64,000 nucleotides of DNA. Origin: a bacterium. GTDB taxonomy: Bacteria > Cyanobacteriota > Vampirovibrionia > LMEP-6097. Each line of letters starts with the position of its first letter. The first letter of the stretch is position 1. The stretch spans positions 117,807 to 181,806 of the forward strand of contig JAYQSH010000003.1 of the NCBI GenBank assembly GCA_038146805.1, in the 5' to 3' direction. Below, piece after piece: positions 49,750 to 60,955 of this stretch. Made by a program: the position numbers and the translations under genes. The notes under the pieces are model-generated. The model was not told the origin of the DNA. It worked only from the letters and a program-made list of their open reading frames with translations, and searched no databases.

Positions 49750-51765
49750 ATGAAAAAATTTCCACAGAGCTTACCTTTTATAATTTTAATTCTATTTTTG
49801 ACTCTTTTTACTATAAGTTTAATGGGGCAAGAAAAACAAAGAAATGTTCTTAGTTATAGCGACTTTATCAAAAGAGTTTTACCAAACGACGATAGCCCTT
49901 CTACAGCCTATAAAGTAGAACTGCGCAACGGAGATGACGTTGCACGTATCGAAGAAAAAACTGGAGAAGTTTACTATGCAAGAGTTCCAGCCAATTTACT
50001 TGGAGCAAATACCGAGCTTGCTGACAAGTTGATTGAGCGTAATGTCAACGTAGAAGTAAAAGCGCAACCACGTGACAATCTTTGGGCTGGGCTGCTTTCA
50101 AACTTTTTAGTGCCACTAGTTCTTTTTGGATTATTTATTTTTATGATCCGCAATATTGGTGGCGGAGGCGCCATGTCTTTTGGTAAAAGCAGAGCAAAGC
50201 AAATGGAAAAAGATATCAAAATTAGTTTTGATGACGTTGCCGGTATAGAAGAAAGTAAACAAGAATTAGAGGAGATTGTAGATTTCTTAAAGAACTCACA
50301 AAAATACACTTCGCTAGGAGCTAAAATCCCCAAAGGTGTAATTTTGGTAGGACCTCCGGGCTGTGGTAAAACCCTGTTAGCAAAGGCTGTTGCTGGAGAA
50401 GCTGGTGTGCCGTTTTTTTCAATTTCAGGATCTGATTTTGTTGAAATGTTTGTGGGTGTTGGTGCTTCACGTGTTCGTGATTTATTTGAGCAAGCAAAAA
50501 AAAATGCACCGTGTATTGTTTTTATTGATGAGATAGATGCCGTTGGTAGACAAAGATCTGGCATGTCTGGCGGTGGTAACGATGAAAGAGAACAAACTCT
50601 CAATCAATTACTTGTTGAGATGGATGGTTTTCAAACAAATAGTGGAATCATTATTATCGCGGCGACAAACAGACCAGATGTTCTGGACAAAGCATTACTT
50701 AGACCGGGTAGATTCGATCGTAAGGTTGTTGTAGATGTCCCAGATATGACTGGAAGACACGATATACTAAAAGTACATGCTCGAGGTAAACCTTTAGCTG
50801 ACTCAGTTGACCTTGAAACTTTAGCAAAAAGAACACCCGGATTTAGTGGAGCTGATTTGTCAAACTTAATCAATGAAGCTGCTATACTCGCTGCTCGAGA
50901 CAAAAAAATCGATATCGATATGTCTTTTTTAGAAGAAGCGATAGACAAAGTTGCGATTGGTCCTGAGAAAAAAAGTAAAATCATAAAACCAAAAGACCAA
51001 GTATGTACTGCAATTCATGAAATTGGACATACTCTTATAAGCCTTTATTATGAGTCACCAAATGAGTTTCATAAAGTGACAATTATTCCTCGAGGTATGG
51101 CTTTAGGGCTTACTTGGTCAACTGAAGAAGAATATAAAGTTTCAGCAAGCAAAAAACAATTAATGATTGAGATGCGCACTTTACTTGGTGGAAGAGCCGC
51201 TGAAGAAATTATTTTTGGAGTAGATAACGTTACCACTGGTGCATCAAATGATATGGAAAGGTGCTCAGCTATTGCCAGAGCAATGGTAACCAAATATGGT
51301 ATGAACCAAGCACTTGGCATCGTTACTTATGGAGAAAAATCAGGTAATCCATATCTTGGTGATGAATATAGTTCAAGAAATTATTCTGATGAATATGCAA
51401 ACAAAATTGATCAAGAGGTGCAAGTTTTAATTCAAGCTCTTTATGAAGAAGTAAAAGAAAAACTAATTGAAAACAAAGAAGAACTTTTGGCTGTATCACA
51501 AGTGCTTCTTGAAAAAGAAACAATGGATAAACAAGAAGTTTTAGATGTTTTAGAAAGTGTGAAAAATCAAGATTTTGAAGCAATTCCTCTTGAACAATTT
51601 GAAAGTCTGGCGCAATCAAGAACTCCAGAAAAAATCAAAGCAATGCTAGAAGAAGAATCTAACAAAAGAAAAGAAGAACGCGAAAGATTAAGAGAGATTG
51701 AAAAAGCTAAACAAGAAAATTTAAATAAAAAGAAAAGTGATATTGAAGACCAGTTCTTTGGTTAA
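49750..51765 (+). CDS. ftsH: ATP-dependent zinc metalloprotease FtsH
   Basis: [13 protein letters not shown] and HEIGH. Confidence 0.95.
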   Translation: MKKFPQSLPFIILILFLTLFTISLMGQEKQRNVLSYSDFIKRVLPNDDSPSTAYKVELRNGDDVARIEEKTGEVYYARVPANLLGANTELADKLIERNVNVEVKAQPRDNLWAGLLSNFLVPLVLFGLFIFMIRNIGGGGAMSFGKSRAKQMEKDIKISFDDVAGIEESKQELEEIVDFLKNSQKYTSLGAKIPKGVILVGPPGCGKTLLAKAVAGEAGVPFFSISGSDFVEMFVGVGASRVRDLFEQAKKNAPCIVFIDEIDAVGRQRSGMSGGGNDEREQTLNQLLVEMDGFQTNSGIIIIAATNRPDVLDKALLRPGRFDRKVVVDVPDMTGRHDILKVHARGKPLADSVDLETLAKRTPGFSGADLSNLINEAAILAARDKKIDIDMSFLEEAIDKVAIGPEKKSKIIKPKDQVCTAIHEIGHTLISLYYESPNEFHKVTIIPRGMALGLTWSTEEEYKVSASKKQLMIEMRTLLGGRAAEEIIFGVDNVTTGASNDMERCSAIARAMVTKYGMNQALGIVTYGEKSGNPYLGDEYSSRNYSDEYANKIDQEVQVLIQALYEEVKEKLIENKEELLAVSQVLLEKETMDKQEVLDVLESVKNQDFEAIPLEQFESLAQSRTPEKIKAMLEEESNKRKEERERLREIEKAKQENLNKKKSDIEDQFFG

Positions 51766-51839
51766 GTATTGAGGTGTTCATGAATTCTAAGATCCTTTTG
51801 TGGGAAGTTTATTGAGCGAACACGTTATAATATATAACG

Positions 51840-54417
51840 ATGCAAGCGTTATCCTGTCAAGAAATTAGAGATTTATGGGTTGAGTTTTTTACCAAGAAAT
51901 GTCCCAGTGCTCATAAAGCACATAAAATCAGCATCGTTGGTTCCGGACAATCCAACCTTACTTTTAAATGCGGCTGGAATGGTGCAATTTGTACCAATTT
52001 TTTTGGGGACAAAACCTGCAACAGAACCTCCAAGAGCTGTAACAATTCAAAAATGTGCACGTGTAGGTGGTAAAGATAGTGACTTAGAAAATATTGGTCG
52101 CACTGCAAGACACCATAGCTTTTTTGAGATGTTGGGAAATTTTTCTTTTGGCGACTATTTTAAACAGCAAGCTATTCCATGGGCTTGGCAATTTGTAACT
52201 GAAGAACTTAAATTAGACAAAGAAAAACTCTATGTTTCCGTATTTGCTGGTGATGAGCAAAATCCTTTTGATCAAGAAGCTTACGACACTTGGAAAGAAA
52301 TAATCTCAGAAGATCGAATCTGGAAAATGTCGCGTAAGGATAACTTCTGGGGTCCACCAGGAGAAACAGGTCCTTGTGGTCCATGCAGTGAAATTTATTA
52401 TGAAGTAAATCCATCAGCAACAGAATTTGATGATAGATATACTGAAATTTGGAATTTGGTTTTTATGGAATTCTTCAAAGATGAAAACGCAAACTTTAGC
52501 GCACTTGAGAAAAAAAATATCGATACAGGGGCTGGACTTGAAAGAATTGCAACAATTCTACAAGATGTCAACAATACTTTTGAAACAGATGAATTGTTTT
52601 TTGTATTAGAAAAAATCGCATCACGTCTTGCTATCAAGTACCAAGGAAATAATTCTGAAACAGATTTATACTTAAAAATTATTACAGACCATTTGCGCTG
52701 TGCCGCTTTTCTTATTGCTGACGGGGTTCGTCCTTCTAACTTAGGGCGTGGTTATGTACTAAGAATGATAATTAGAAGAGCCTCAAGATTTGTTTATTTA
52801 ATTCAAAACAAAGCTGAAGCTTTTTTGACTTACCTAGCTAAAGACCTAGCGCAAGCTTACCAAAAAGCTTACCCAGAACTCAACACAAATCTTGCACAAA
52901 TTGAATCATGTTTAGAAAAAGAAGAACTCGCCTTTGCAAAAACACTCGAACAAGGACTTGAAATTTTAAACAAAAAACTTAGCGAAATTTCTAACAAAGA
53001 ATTAGATGGCGAATTTGCGTTTAATTTATACTCAACCTATGGCTTTCCTTTAGAGCTCACCAAAGATATAGTGGAACAACAAAATATCAGTATAAATCTT
53101 GAAGAGTTTGAAATAGCAAAAGAAAAACATACGCAAGCATCAGGCTCTGGTGCTGTTGCAAAATCAGTAGAACAAAATACATTTATAGCTGATATTTTAA
53201 AAGAACATGGCAAAACTAAATTTATTGGTTATCACGATAATTTAAAAGCAGAAGCCAAAGTACTCTATGTTGCAGACAATAAAGTAGTTTTGGATCAAAC
53301 TTGTTTTTATGCTGAATCAGGCGGTCAAATTGCAGACATTGGTAAACTTGCAAACACAAAAGTTACAAATGTAAAATCAATTGAAGGAGTCTTTGTACAT
53401 CAGTTAGAATCAAGTGCTGAATTAAAGGTAAACGATATTGTCAGCTTGGAAGTTGACAAAAATAATCGAGAATTCACCAAGAAACATCACACCAGTTGTC
53501 ACTTGTTACAAGCGGCGCTGAGAAATACACTAGGCTCTGGCATACAACAAATGGGTTCACAAGTTGGTGCTGAGTATACTAGGTTTGATTTCAATTTAGA
53601 TCGTGCAATGACTAAGCAAGAAATAAGCGCAGTTGAAAATCAAATTAACTTATGGATCGAGAAAGACTTAAGCGTTGAAACAAAAGTAATGCAGTTTGAT
53701 GATGCTGTTAAAGCAGGTGCTTTGAGTTTCTTTGAAGACAAATACGATGACGAAGTAAGAGTTTTGTTTATTGGTGATGCATCAATAGAACTTTGCGGTG
53801 GCACTCATGTTGATAAGCTTTCAGAAATCAAAAATATTGTAATCGCTCAAGAAGGCTCTATTGCATCTGGTATTAGAAGAATAAAGCTCCTTGCAAACAC
53901 AGTCGCAGACGAATTTATCGCAGAAAAAGACAAAGCTTTTGCTGAGCAAAAAGCTCTTGAAGAACAAAAAGAAAAAGAGAAAGAAGCACAAAAAGCAAAA
54001 CTAAAAATCGAAAAAGAAGAATTGCTCGCTTTAACTAATTCTATTTTGGAGCAAGCTGATCAGAGTAATGAGACAAAAGTTGTAATTCTTTACGCAAATG
54101 AATTTTTTAATAAAGAATATTCAAGCGAAAGTATAAAGGCACTAGTTGAAAATTTAACAGCTAAGAATCCAGCATCGTTTTTAGTTTTTATTGCATGTCA
54201 CACAAATGACAAAGTTGTTTTTTATAGTGCCGTAAGCAATGATTTAATCAAAGAATTTAATGCTGGCAATATTGTCAAAGAAGCGGCAAAAATTTGTGGC
54301 GGTGGCGGCGGCGGCAGACCTAATTTTGCTCAAGCTGGTGGCAAAGATATTAGTAAAATTCATGAAGCAATTAGTTTTGTGAAGAATTTAGTATTAGGGC
54401 AAGCGGCAAATGCTTAG
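51840..54417 (+). CDS. alaS: alanine-tRNA ligase, with a +1 frame change in codons ~28-30
   Basis: ATG at 51840 encodes MQALSCQEIRDLWVEFFTKK (conserved EIR..FF). The body, SASLVPDNPTLLLNAAGM onward, is in the next frame. The junction is at the A4 run 51924-51927. Confidence 0.85.
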
Positions 54418-55780
54418 TATTCCTAGAGAAGAAATCAATGAATTAATAAACACATACGGAACAGCCGTGCCAAGATACACAAGCTACCCCACGGCTCCAG
54501 AATGGAAAGATGTTTTTTCTCAAGAACAATTTGAAGCGGCAATTGCAAAATCAAATCTTACACAAGAAGATTTTTCTTTGTATTTGCATATCCCTTTTTG
54601 TGAATCTCAGTGCTATTTTTGCGGTTGTAACGTAGTCATCAGCCCAAAGCACGGCATTGAAGAAGAATACCTAACTCACCTATTTAGTGAGATTGATTAT
54701 TACGGAAACTTATTTGACAAAGAAAGAAAAGTTGCACAAATGGCTTGGGGCGGAGGCACTCCAAGTTATTTGAGTGTCAAACAAATCTATGATCTTTACA
54801 AAAAGTTAGATGATAACTTTAATATGTACAAGAATAAAAACGATAACTATGAATATGCAATAGAGATTGATCCAAGAGTAACAAACAAAGAACAACTACA
54901 AGCTCTTTATGATTGCGGCTTTAATCGCCTAAGCATGGGGATTCAAGATTTCAATACAAGTACACAACTTGCCATAAATAGAATTCAAAGTGCTGAAGAT
55001 GTCTTTAACTTAACGCAGCAAGCTAGAGAAATTGGTTTTAATAGTATTAATTACGATTTAATTTATGGGCTGCCATTTCAAACAATGACTAGTTTCCAAG
55101 AAACAATTGCTGTTATCAAAGAACATGCACCTGACAGAATTGCTCTATTTAATTACGCACACTTACCTGAAATGATTGCGCATCAAAAAAAATATATTGA
55201 TGAAACGACTTTACCAGATACTAAAACTAAACTAGAAATTTTTGATAGCTCGGTTGTAGCATTTACAAACTTTGGTTATGAATTTATCGGTATTGATCAC
55301 TTTGCAAAAAAATCAGATTCTCTTGTAACTGCTTATAAAAACAAAAGTTTATATAGAAACTTTCAAGGTTATACAACTTTTTCTGGTTGCGACATGATTT
55401 CTTTTGGTATTACAGCAATTAGTGATATTCAAGGTGCCTATAAACAAAACGCAAAAAAGATGAACGATTATTACAAAGACTTTAAAATGGCCCAAAAAGC
55501 AAAATTCTCTGACACAAATGATATTACAAGAAGAACAATCATCAAAGAAATCATGTGCAACAACTTTGTTGTGATAAACAAAAATCATTTTTCGCATGAA
55601 ATAGAGCTATTAAACAGCTTCGCTAAAGATAATCTGCTTAAAATTTCTCAAAAAAATGAGGAGCTTGTAAATATAGAATTAACTAGCATTGGTAGGTTCT
55701 TTTCTAGAAATATTGCTAGTGTTTTTGATGACTACCTCAATAAAAAAACAGCATTCAAAGCATTTTCTCAATCACTGTAA
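54410..55780 (+). CDS. hemN: oxygen-independent coproporphyrinogen III oxidase (radical SAM)
   Basis: YLHIPFCESQCYFCGCN. Start overlaps the alaS stop. Confidence 0.85.
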   Translation: MLSIPREEINELINTYGTAVPRYTSYPTAPEWKDVFSQEQFEAAIAKSNLTQEDFSLYLHIPFCESQCYFCGCNVVISPKHGIEEEYLTHLFSEIDYYGNLFDKERKVAQMAWGGGTPSYLSVKQIYDLYKKLDDNFNMYKNKNDNYEYAIEIDPRVTNKEQLQALYDCGFNRLSMGIQDFNTSTQLAINRIQSAEDVFNLTQQAREIGFNSINYDLIYGLPFQTMTSFQETIAVIKEHAPDRIALFNYAHLPEMIAHQKKYIDETTLPDTKTKLEIFDSSVVAFTNFGYEFIGIDHFAKKSDSLVTAYKNKSLYRNFQGYTTFSGCDMISFGITAISDIQGAYKQNAKKMNDYYKDFKMAQKAKFSDTNDITRRTIIKEIMCNNFVVINKNHFSHEIELLNSFAKDNLLKISQKNEELVNIELTSIGRFFSRNIASVFDDYLNKKTAFKAFSQSL

Positions 55781-55839
55781 CTCGTATTACATCCTTATTG
55801 TTGTATAATTTTTTTAAAGGGATTTCCTAAGTTTGAAAA

Positions 55840-56610
55840 ATGGCAGCTGGAGCACCAGGTACTAATAATTTAAACAGTAGTTTTGCAAATGCCTCAAGAG
55901 CACTTAGCTCTAAGGTATCATCGCAAGGTTATGCAATTCGTGCTGAAGCTCAATCTGAAAGACAAGTTACCGTAAGACAAAATAATCAAATGGACCCTTC
56001 TTTCCTTGCTCGTATGGCATTAGAAGATGAGCTAAGAAAACGAGGCGGCGGTGGCGGTGGCTCAATTAAATCTTATAACCCCATGACATGGATTCCTTAT
56101 AGTTTTTCTTTACTTGCAAAAGCAATAGAACAAGCGCGAGCGGCAATAGCAAATCTAATAAATCAATCTTTAAATGCACTTGGCACATCAATAACAACAA
56201 GCATACAAAACACTTTTAACTTTTTGACTAAACCTTTAATCCCAATCAATAATTTTTTTAGATCTATCACTTTAAACATTACTAGAACCATGATTCAAGG
56301 TCTTAGAGATTTTGCTAAAAACCCAATTGCATTTAGTATGAAAATGGCAAACAATGCTATGCAAGGTGCAATGGCGATATTTGCGGCAGTAGTAAATGGA
56401 CTTAAAAAAATCATTTACGGTAAAGATGAAGCAGTCGCTGAAGCAGATCCAGAAGAATACAAAGAAGAAGGTTTACTGACAAAGCTTTTGGGATACTTTA
56501 AAAAACAAGATGAAGACCGTGAATCAAATGGCAAAAATTTAGGTTCACATATAAAGAACAAAGCAAAACTCAAAATTAAAAAAAGAACAGTCTTAAAATC
56601 AAATGCTTAG
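55840..56610 (+). CDS. hypothetical protein with a Gly6 linker and a long amphipathic/hydrophobic region
   Basis: ORF only. MAAGAPGTNN...RKRGGGGGGS, followed by an A/I/N-rich helical segment and a K-rich tail. Confidence 0.45.
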   Translation: MAAGAPGTNNLNSSFANASRALSSKVSSQGYAIRAEAQSERQVTVRQNNQMDPSFLARMALEDELRKRGGGGGGSIKSYNPMTWIPYSFSLLAKAIEQARAAIANLINQSLNALGTSITTSIQNTFNFLTKPLIPINNFFRSITLNITRTMIQGLRDFAKNPIAFSMKMANNAMQGAMAIFAAVVNGLKKIIYGKDEAVAEADPEEYKEEGLLTKLLGYFKKQDEDRESNGKNLGSHIKNKAKLKIKKRTVLKSNA

Positions 56611-56627
56611 AAAATTGAAATTCCAGC

Positions 56628-57983
56628 TTAGTTGTTTTTAGAAAACTCTTTATTCAAAAATAAATTATCAGCAGCACTTTGACGGCGAATAGTCGCACCT
56701 AGTTGAGTGAATTTTTCTTCTAAGTTTTCATAGCCACGATCAAGGTGTTTTAAACCACGTACTTCGCTTATGCCTTCCGCAGATAAAGCCGCAACGACTA
56801 AAGCCGCCGCACTTCTCAAATCCTTTCCTCTAACAGAAGCTGATTGTAATTCTTTTACACCCTTAAATACTGCTATCTTACCGTTGATATCAACATTTGC
56901 TGCCATCTTTTTAAGTTCATCAGCATGTTGAAAACGTGAATCATAAATATTTTCTTTGACAACACTGGCACCATCAGCAATTGCAAGCATAGTTGAAAAA
57001 ATAGGTTGAATATCAGTTGAAAAACCAGGATACCAAACTGTTGTTAAATCAGTTGCTAACAAACGCTCAGCATTTCTTTGTACTTGTATATCTACAAGTT
57101 CTCTACCATCTAAACTTTTATTTGTTGCAAAAATTTTCACAGCAACTCCAGCATCTTCAAATTTTGAAAGTAAAGATTGTAAATCTTCTTCAATAACTTC
57201 TTTGGTTGTAACTGTACCACCAGTCATAGCACCCGCAATTAAATAAGTTGCAGCTTCAATTCTATCTGGAATACAAAAATGCTCTACGCTATGTAAGTCG
57301 TCAACAGTCTTTCCGTAAATATGAATATTTGAACTACCAGCACCTCTAATGTCGCAACCCATTTTGTTTAAAAAATTTGCAAGATCAACAATTTCAGGAT
57401 CTTGTGCTGCATTTTCTATTATAGTTTCGCCTTCTGCCATCGTTGCTGCAAGCATGATATTTTCAGTAGCACCATTAGAAGGAATATCTAAATAAATTTT
57501 TGTACCAATAAGCTTGTCTGCTTTTGCATGTATAAAACCATGCTCTTCTGTAATCACTGCACCCAAAGCTTTTAAACCTTTTAAATGTAAATCAATTTTA
57601 CGAGCTCCAATATTACAACCTCCCGGCATTGCAATTTTTACATCTTTAAATCGAGCTAACAAAGATCCCAAACAAACAATACTTGCTCTTAATTGATTAG
57701 CAAGTGTTAAAGGGACATAATTTGAAGAAAGGTTTGAACAATCCATTTCAATAGTTTTGCCATCAAAATTTATTTCACCACCCAAGACCTGAACAATTTC
57801 TGCCATAACACGCATATCAGACAAATTAGGTACATTTTTAATAGTGGCTGTGCCGTTTTTTAACATTAAAGCGGCAGCAACAATTTTAAGTGCAGAGTTT
57901 TTTGCACCAGAGATAGCAACTGATCCATTTAAGGCTTTTCCACCCTCAATAACTAAAAACTTTTCTGTTAATTTTTCAGACAC
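56628..57983 (-). CDS. murA: UDP-N-acetylglucosamine 1-carboxyvinyltransferase
   Basis: GAKNSALK and MPGGCNIGARKIDLHL. GTG start. Confidence 0.9.
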   Translation of the reverse strand: MSEKLTEKFLVIEGGKALNGSVAISGAKNSALKIVAAALMLKNGTATIKNVPNLSDMRVMAEIVQVLGGEINFDGKTIEMDCSNLSSNYVPLTLANQLRASIVCLGSLLARFKDVKIAMPGGCNIGARKIDLHLKGLKALGAVITEEHGFIHAKADKLIGTKIYLDIPSNGATENIMLAATMAEGETIIENAAQDPEIVDLANFLNKMGCDIRGAGSSNIHIYGKTVDDLHSVEHFCIPDRIEAATYLIAGAMTGGTVTTKEVIEEDLQSLLSKFEDAGVAVKIFATNKSLDGRELVDIQVQRNAERLLATDLTTVWYPGFSTDIQPIFSTMLAIADGASVVKENIYDSRFQHADELKKMAANVDINGKIAVFKGVKELQSASVRGKDLRSAAALVVAALSAEGISEVRGLKHLDRGYENLEEKFTQLGATIRRQSAADNLFLNKEFSKNN

Positions 57984-58098
57984 AACTATTATCCTTAAAT
58001 ACGCCTAGGTTCTTATTTTAAAAAAGACGCTTTAACAAGATATATTGTTTCATAAAAACGTGATTTTTACTAGCTTTCTTGGTAAAAAAACAGTGATT

Positions 58099-59163
58099 TT
58101 AAGCGAAGCAATAGTTTTGCACTGTTTTTATAAAAGTTTTGGCAGATTCAACAGGTACACTAGGTATAATCCCATGACCTAAATTCGCTATATACCCGGG
58201 GGCTGATCCAGCTTGCTCAAGCATAATTCGAGTGTTTTTTTCTACCTGCTCAGGGCTTGCAAGCAAAGCACAAGGATCAAAATTACCTTGAATAGCAATA
58301 TTTTGCCCAGCAACATACTCTCTAATATCTTTTAAATTCACACGCCAATCAACACTCAAACAATTTGCGCCGGTCTGTAACATGTAATCTAAAACATTAC
58401 TTACACCATTTACATATAAAGTAATTGAAGCGTTAGGATATTTTTCTCTAATGTTTGAAACAATTTTTTGTTGATACGGCAAAGCAAATTCTTGATAATC
58501 TTTTTGACTAAGTACAGAAGCCCAAGTGTCAAACAACTGCAAAGCATGAACACCGGTATCAAGTTTATTGAGTAAATAATTACTAACTGAAATTGTAAGT
58601 TTTTCTAGTAAAAGATGCATAGCTTGTGGCTGCAAGTACATCATTTTTTTTATATGTGCAAAATCCTTTGAGCCACCACCTTCTATCATGTAGCTAGCAA
58701 GAGTCCAAGGTGCACCAGCAAAACCCAAAATAGGAATTTCATTATTTAACTTTGCGGCAATCTCTTCGATAGTTTCATAGACATAATGACACTGATTTTT
58801 TAATTGCTCTTTATCAAGCGCAATCAATTTATCAATATCCTCACAACTACGAGTAGGATTTACAAACCTTGGCTTACCCGTATCAAAATCCAAACCTGCA
58901 CCCATAGGCTCAAGCAAAACTAAAATATCCGAAAACATAATAATGGCATCGACACCTAGAATTTCATATGGCTGTAAAGAAACCTCTGCAGCTTTTTTTG
59001 GATTTTTACAAAGTTCCAAAAAAGACATTTGCGACCTTATCGCTTGATATTCAGGAAGATAGCGACCAGCTTGGCGCATCATCCATACCGGCGCACGATT
59101 TGTTTTTTCACAATTAAGTGCTCTTAAAATTAAATCGTTCTTTATACTTGTCGCAGACACCAT
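58099..59163 (-). CDS. hemE: uroporphyrinogen decarboxylase
   Basis: PVWMMRQAGRYLPEY. Confidence 0.9.
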   Translation of the reverse strand: MVSATSIKNDLILRALNCEKTNRAPVWMMRQAGRYLPEYQAIRSQMSFLELCKNPKKAAEVSLQPYEILGVDAIIMFSDILVLLEPMGAGLDFDTGKPRFVNPTRSCEDIDKLIALDKEQLKNQCHYVYETIEEIAAKLNNEIPILGFAGAPWTLASYMIEGGGSKDFAHIKKMMYLQPQAMHLLLEKLTISVSNYLLNKLDTGVHALQLFDTWASVLSQKDYQEFALPYQQKIVSNIREKYPNASITLYVNGVSNVLDYMLQTGANCLSVDWRVNLKDIREYVAGQNIAIQGNFDPCALLASPEQVEKNTRIMLEQAGSAPGYIANLGHGIIPSVPVESAKTFIKTVQNYCFA

Positions 59164-59202
59164 CGAGATAATTATAGCAATATCTATAATTTATTTTTTT
59201 AT

Positions 59203-59325
59203 CTAGGCTTCCGCTATCAAACCAAAAGCAGATATCATCAATATGATAAAAAATATAATTGCATAAAAAATTATATTTTCAAAAACTCTATCAACTCTAG
59301 TTTTGTCTTTTACTTTATCTACCAT
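59203..59325 (-). CDS. unannotated 40-aa single-TM peptide (below the ORF-track cutoff)
   Basis: MVDKVKDKTRVDRVFENIIFYAIIFFIILMISAFGLIAEA. ATG lies 3 nt after the stop of the MvhD-like gene. Confidence 0.4.
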   Translation of the reverse strand: MVDKVKDKTRVDRVFENIIFYAIIFFIILMISAFGLIAEA

Positions 59326-59328
59326 TTT

Positions 59329-59772
59329 TTATGCGCCTTCCTTCTCAAGCTCAGCAACGACTTCTTGCTTAAACTCTTCAACTCTATCTTTAAAAGTCCC
59401 AACTTGAACTTCTGACATCCATAAACCTTTAAGTCTATTTTTTGGTACAGATTTTTTAATCATAGGAGGTCTTACACCCAATAACCTTTCTCTACAAAAT
59501 TTATTTCCTTCTCTAAAGTGACAATCACCAATCTGGCAACCCATCGCTATGACACCGTCTGCACCGGCATTGAAAGCCGACTCAATCATACGAGGTTGAA
59601 TCATTCCAGAACAAGGCACTTGTACAACATAGGCATTATTAACACCATCAAGATCTCTGCCATGTTGCCCAGAAAGATGACCATCAAGATTAACACTTCT
59701 CTCGCAAGCAATAACCATAACTTTGACGTTGTCGGTATTTTTTGTTTCTTTAGTTATTTCTTCAGTAGACAT
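59329..59772 (-). CDS. MvhD/FlpD-like hydrogenase iron-sulfur subunit family protein
   Basis: VMVIACERS...VVQVPCSGMIQPRMIESAFNAGADGVIAMGCQIGDCHFREGN matches the methyl-viologen-reducing hydrogenase delta subunit signature. Confidence 0.75.
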   Translation of the reverse strand: MSTEEITKETKNTDNVKVMVIACERSVNLDGHLSGQHGRDLDGVNNAYVVQVPCSGMIQPRMIESAFNAGADGVIAMGCQIGDCHFREGNKFCRERLLGVRPPMIKKSVPKNRLKGLWMSEVQVGTFKDRVEEFKQEVVAELEKEGA

Positions 59773-59787
59773 AAATTTTCCTTTTTA

Positions 59788-60936
59788 CTAAGCAGCAACA
59801 GCCTCGTCTTGTTCTAAAGCGATTCTAATATCATCCATCACGACTGGCGACATTGTATGTGGTAGTTCAATAGCATCAAAATTACATGCACCAACACACA
59901 AACCACACTCAGCACAACGTTCATCAATAACGATAGCTAGTTCTTTAAACTTAGAACCATCGTTTCTTGGTGCCATATAAATTGCTTCATAAGGACAATC
60001 AACAGAGCAAAGTTTGCAACCAACACATTTATTTGAGTTTACACTTGCAGGCTCATGATCTTTTGACTCAACTAAGCTCGGTAAAATAGTGGCAATAACA
60101 ACACCAGCAACAACCATTAACCAAGTTAAAGGATAACCTATGATTTTCATGACTGGGAAAATCCATAAATAGAACCAATCAATATCAAAATATGTTGGTT
60201 GCACAGTGAAATCTGCTTCAGGACCTGAAATCGCTGGGAACATCGCTGAAAAAACTAAAACAATACCAGCAAGTAAACAGCCAATAGCCCAAGTGACATT
60301 GACTAAAGGTCTTGAGATTCTCATATAATGTACCCATAGCATTACTAGCAATGACAAAGAAATTCCAGCATGAATAAAAAATGACATTGACATTGTCAAG
60401 TTTGAAATCACATTATCATTTATAAATGCATGAGAAAGAGCATCACCAATAAAAGGAACAGCGGCTAAAAACTCAGAAACCATTGTGACAATAATAAAAG
60501 ACCTTTCATCCCAAACCAAAATATAGCCAGATATACCAATCGCTAACATCATAATGGTAAGTGCGATTCCAGAATACCAAGCAATAATTCTATACTCTCT
60601 GTATCTGTCAGTGAAATAAACACGCAAAGCATGTAACCAAACAGCAAGCATCATGCCATCAGCAGCGTATCTATGCAAACCTCTAATAATATCTCCAAAA
60701 GGAATTTTTTGAGTAATGTACTCAACACTTTGGTAAGCCGCTTCAAGTGTACAAGTGTAATAAGCAAACAACAACAAACCAGACAAAAAGAGCATCCACA
60801 TAAAAAAGTTTGGAATAGCTCCGTGGTAATAAAGTATATTTTGCTCTGAGCCAAAAACCTTATTCAAAAGATCTTCTAGCTTCAATAGAGCTTTTTGTCC
60901 TTCTCTTACTATCTTAGTTAATACAGCCGATATCAT
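59788..60936 (-). CDS. cytochrome b (four His ligands, PEWY-like region) fused to a C-terminal 2x[4Fe-4S] ferredoxin domain
   Basis: RGLHRYAADGMMLAVWLHALRVYF (His spacing 14), GYILVWDE, FFIHAGISLSLLVMLWVHY (His spacing 14), DWFYLWIFP, then CVGCKLCSVDCP and CAECGLCVGACN. Confidence 0.75.
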   Translation of the reverse strand: MISAVLTKIVREGQKALLKLEDLLNKVFGSEQNILYYHGAIPNFFMWMLFLSGLLLFAYYTCTLEAAYQSVEYITQKIPFGDIIRGLHRYAADGMMLAVWLHALRVYFTDRYREYRIIAWYSGIALTIMMLAIGISGYILVWDERSFIIVTMVSEFLAAVPFIGDALSHAFINDNVISNLTMSMSFFIHAGISLSLLVMLWVHYMRISRPLVNVTWAIGCLLAGIVLVFSAMFPAISGPEADFTVQPTYFDIDWFYLWIFPVMKIIGYPLTWLMVVAGVVIATILPSLVESKDHEPASVNSNKCVGCKLCSVDCPYEAIYMAPRNDGSKFKELAIVIDERCAECGLCVGACNFDAIELPHTMSPVVMDDIRIALEQDEAVAA

Positions 60937-60955
60937 AAAAATTCTCCAGTATAAA

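Noticed and set aside
49974-50603. 209-aa ORF antisense to ftsH. Similar antisense ORFs include 7874-8215, 43585-43995, 50631-50984 and 63322-63696.
   Set aside because: All lie fully inside well-supported genes on the opposite strand. They have low-complexity composition and no start context.
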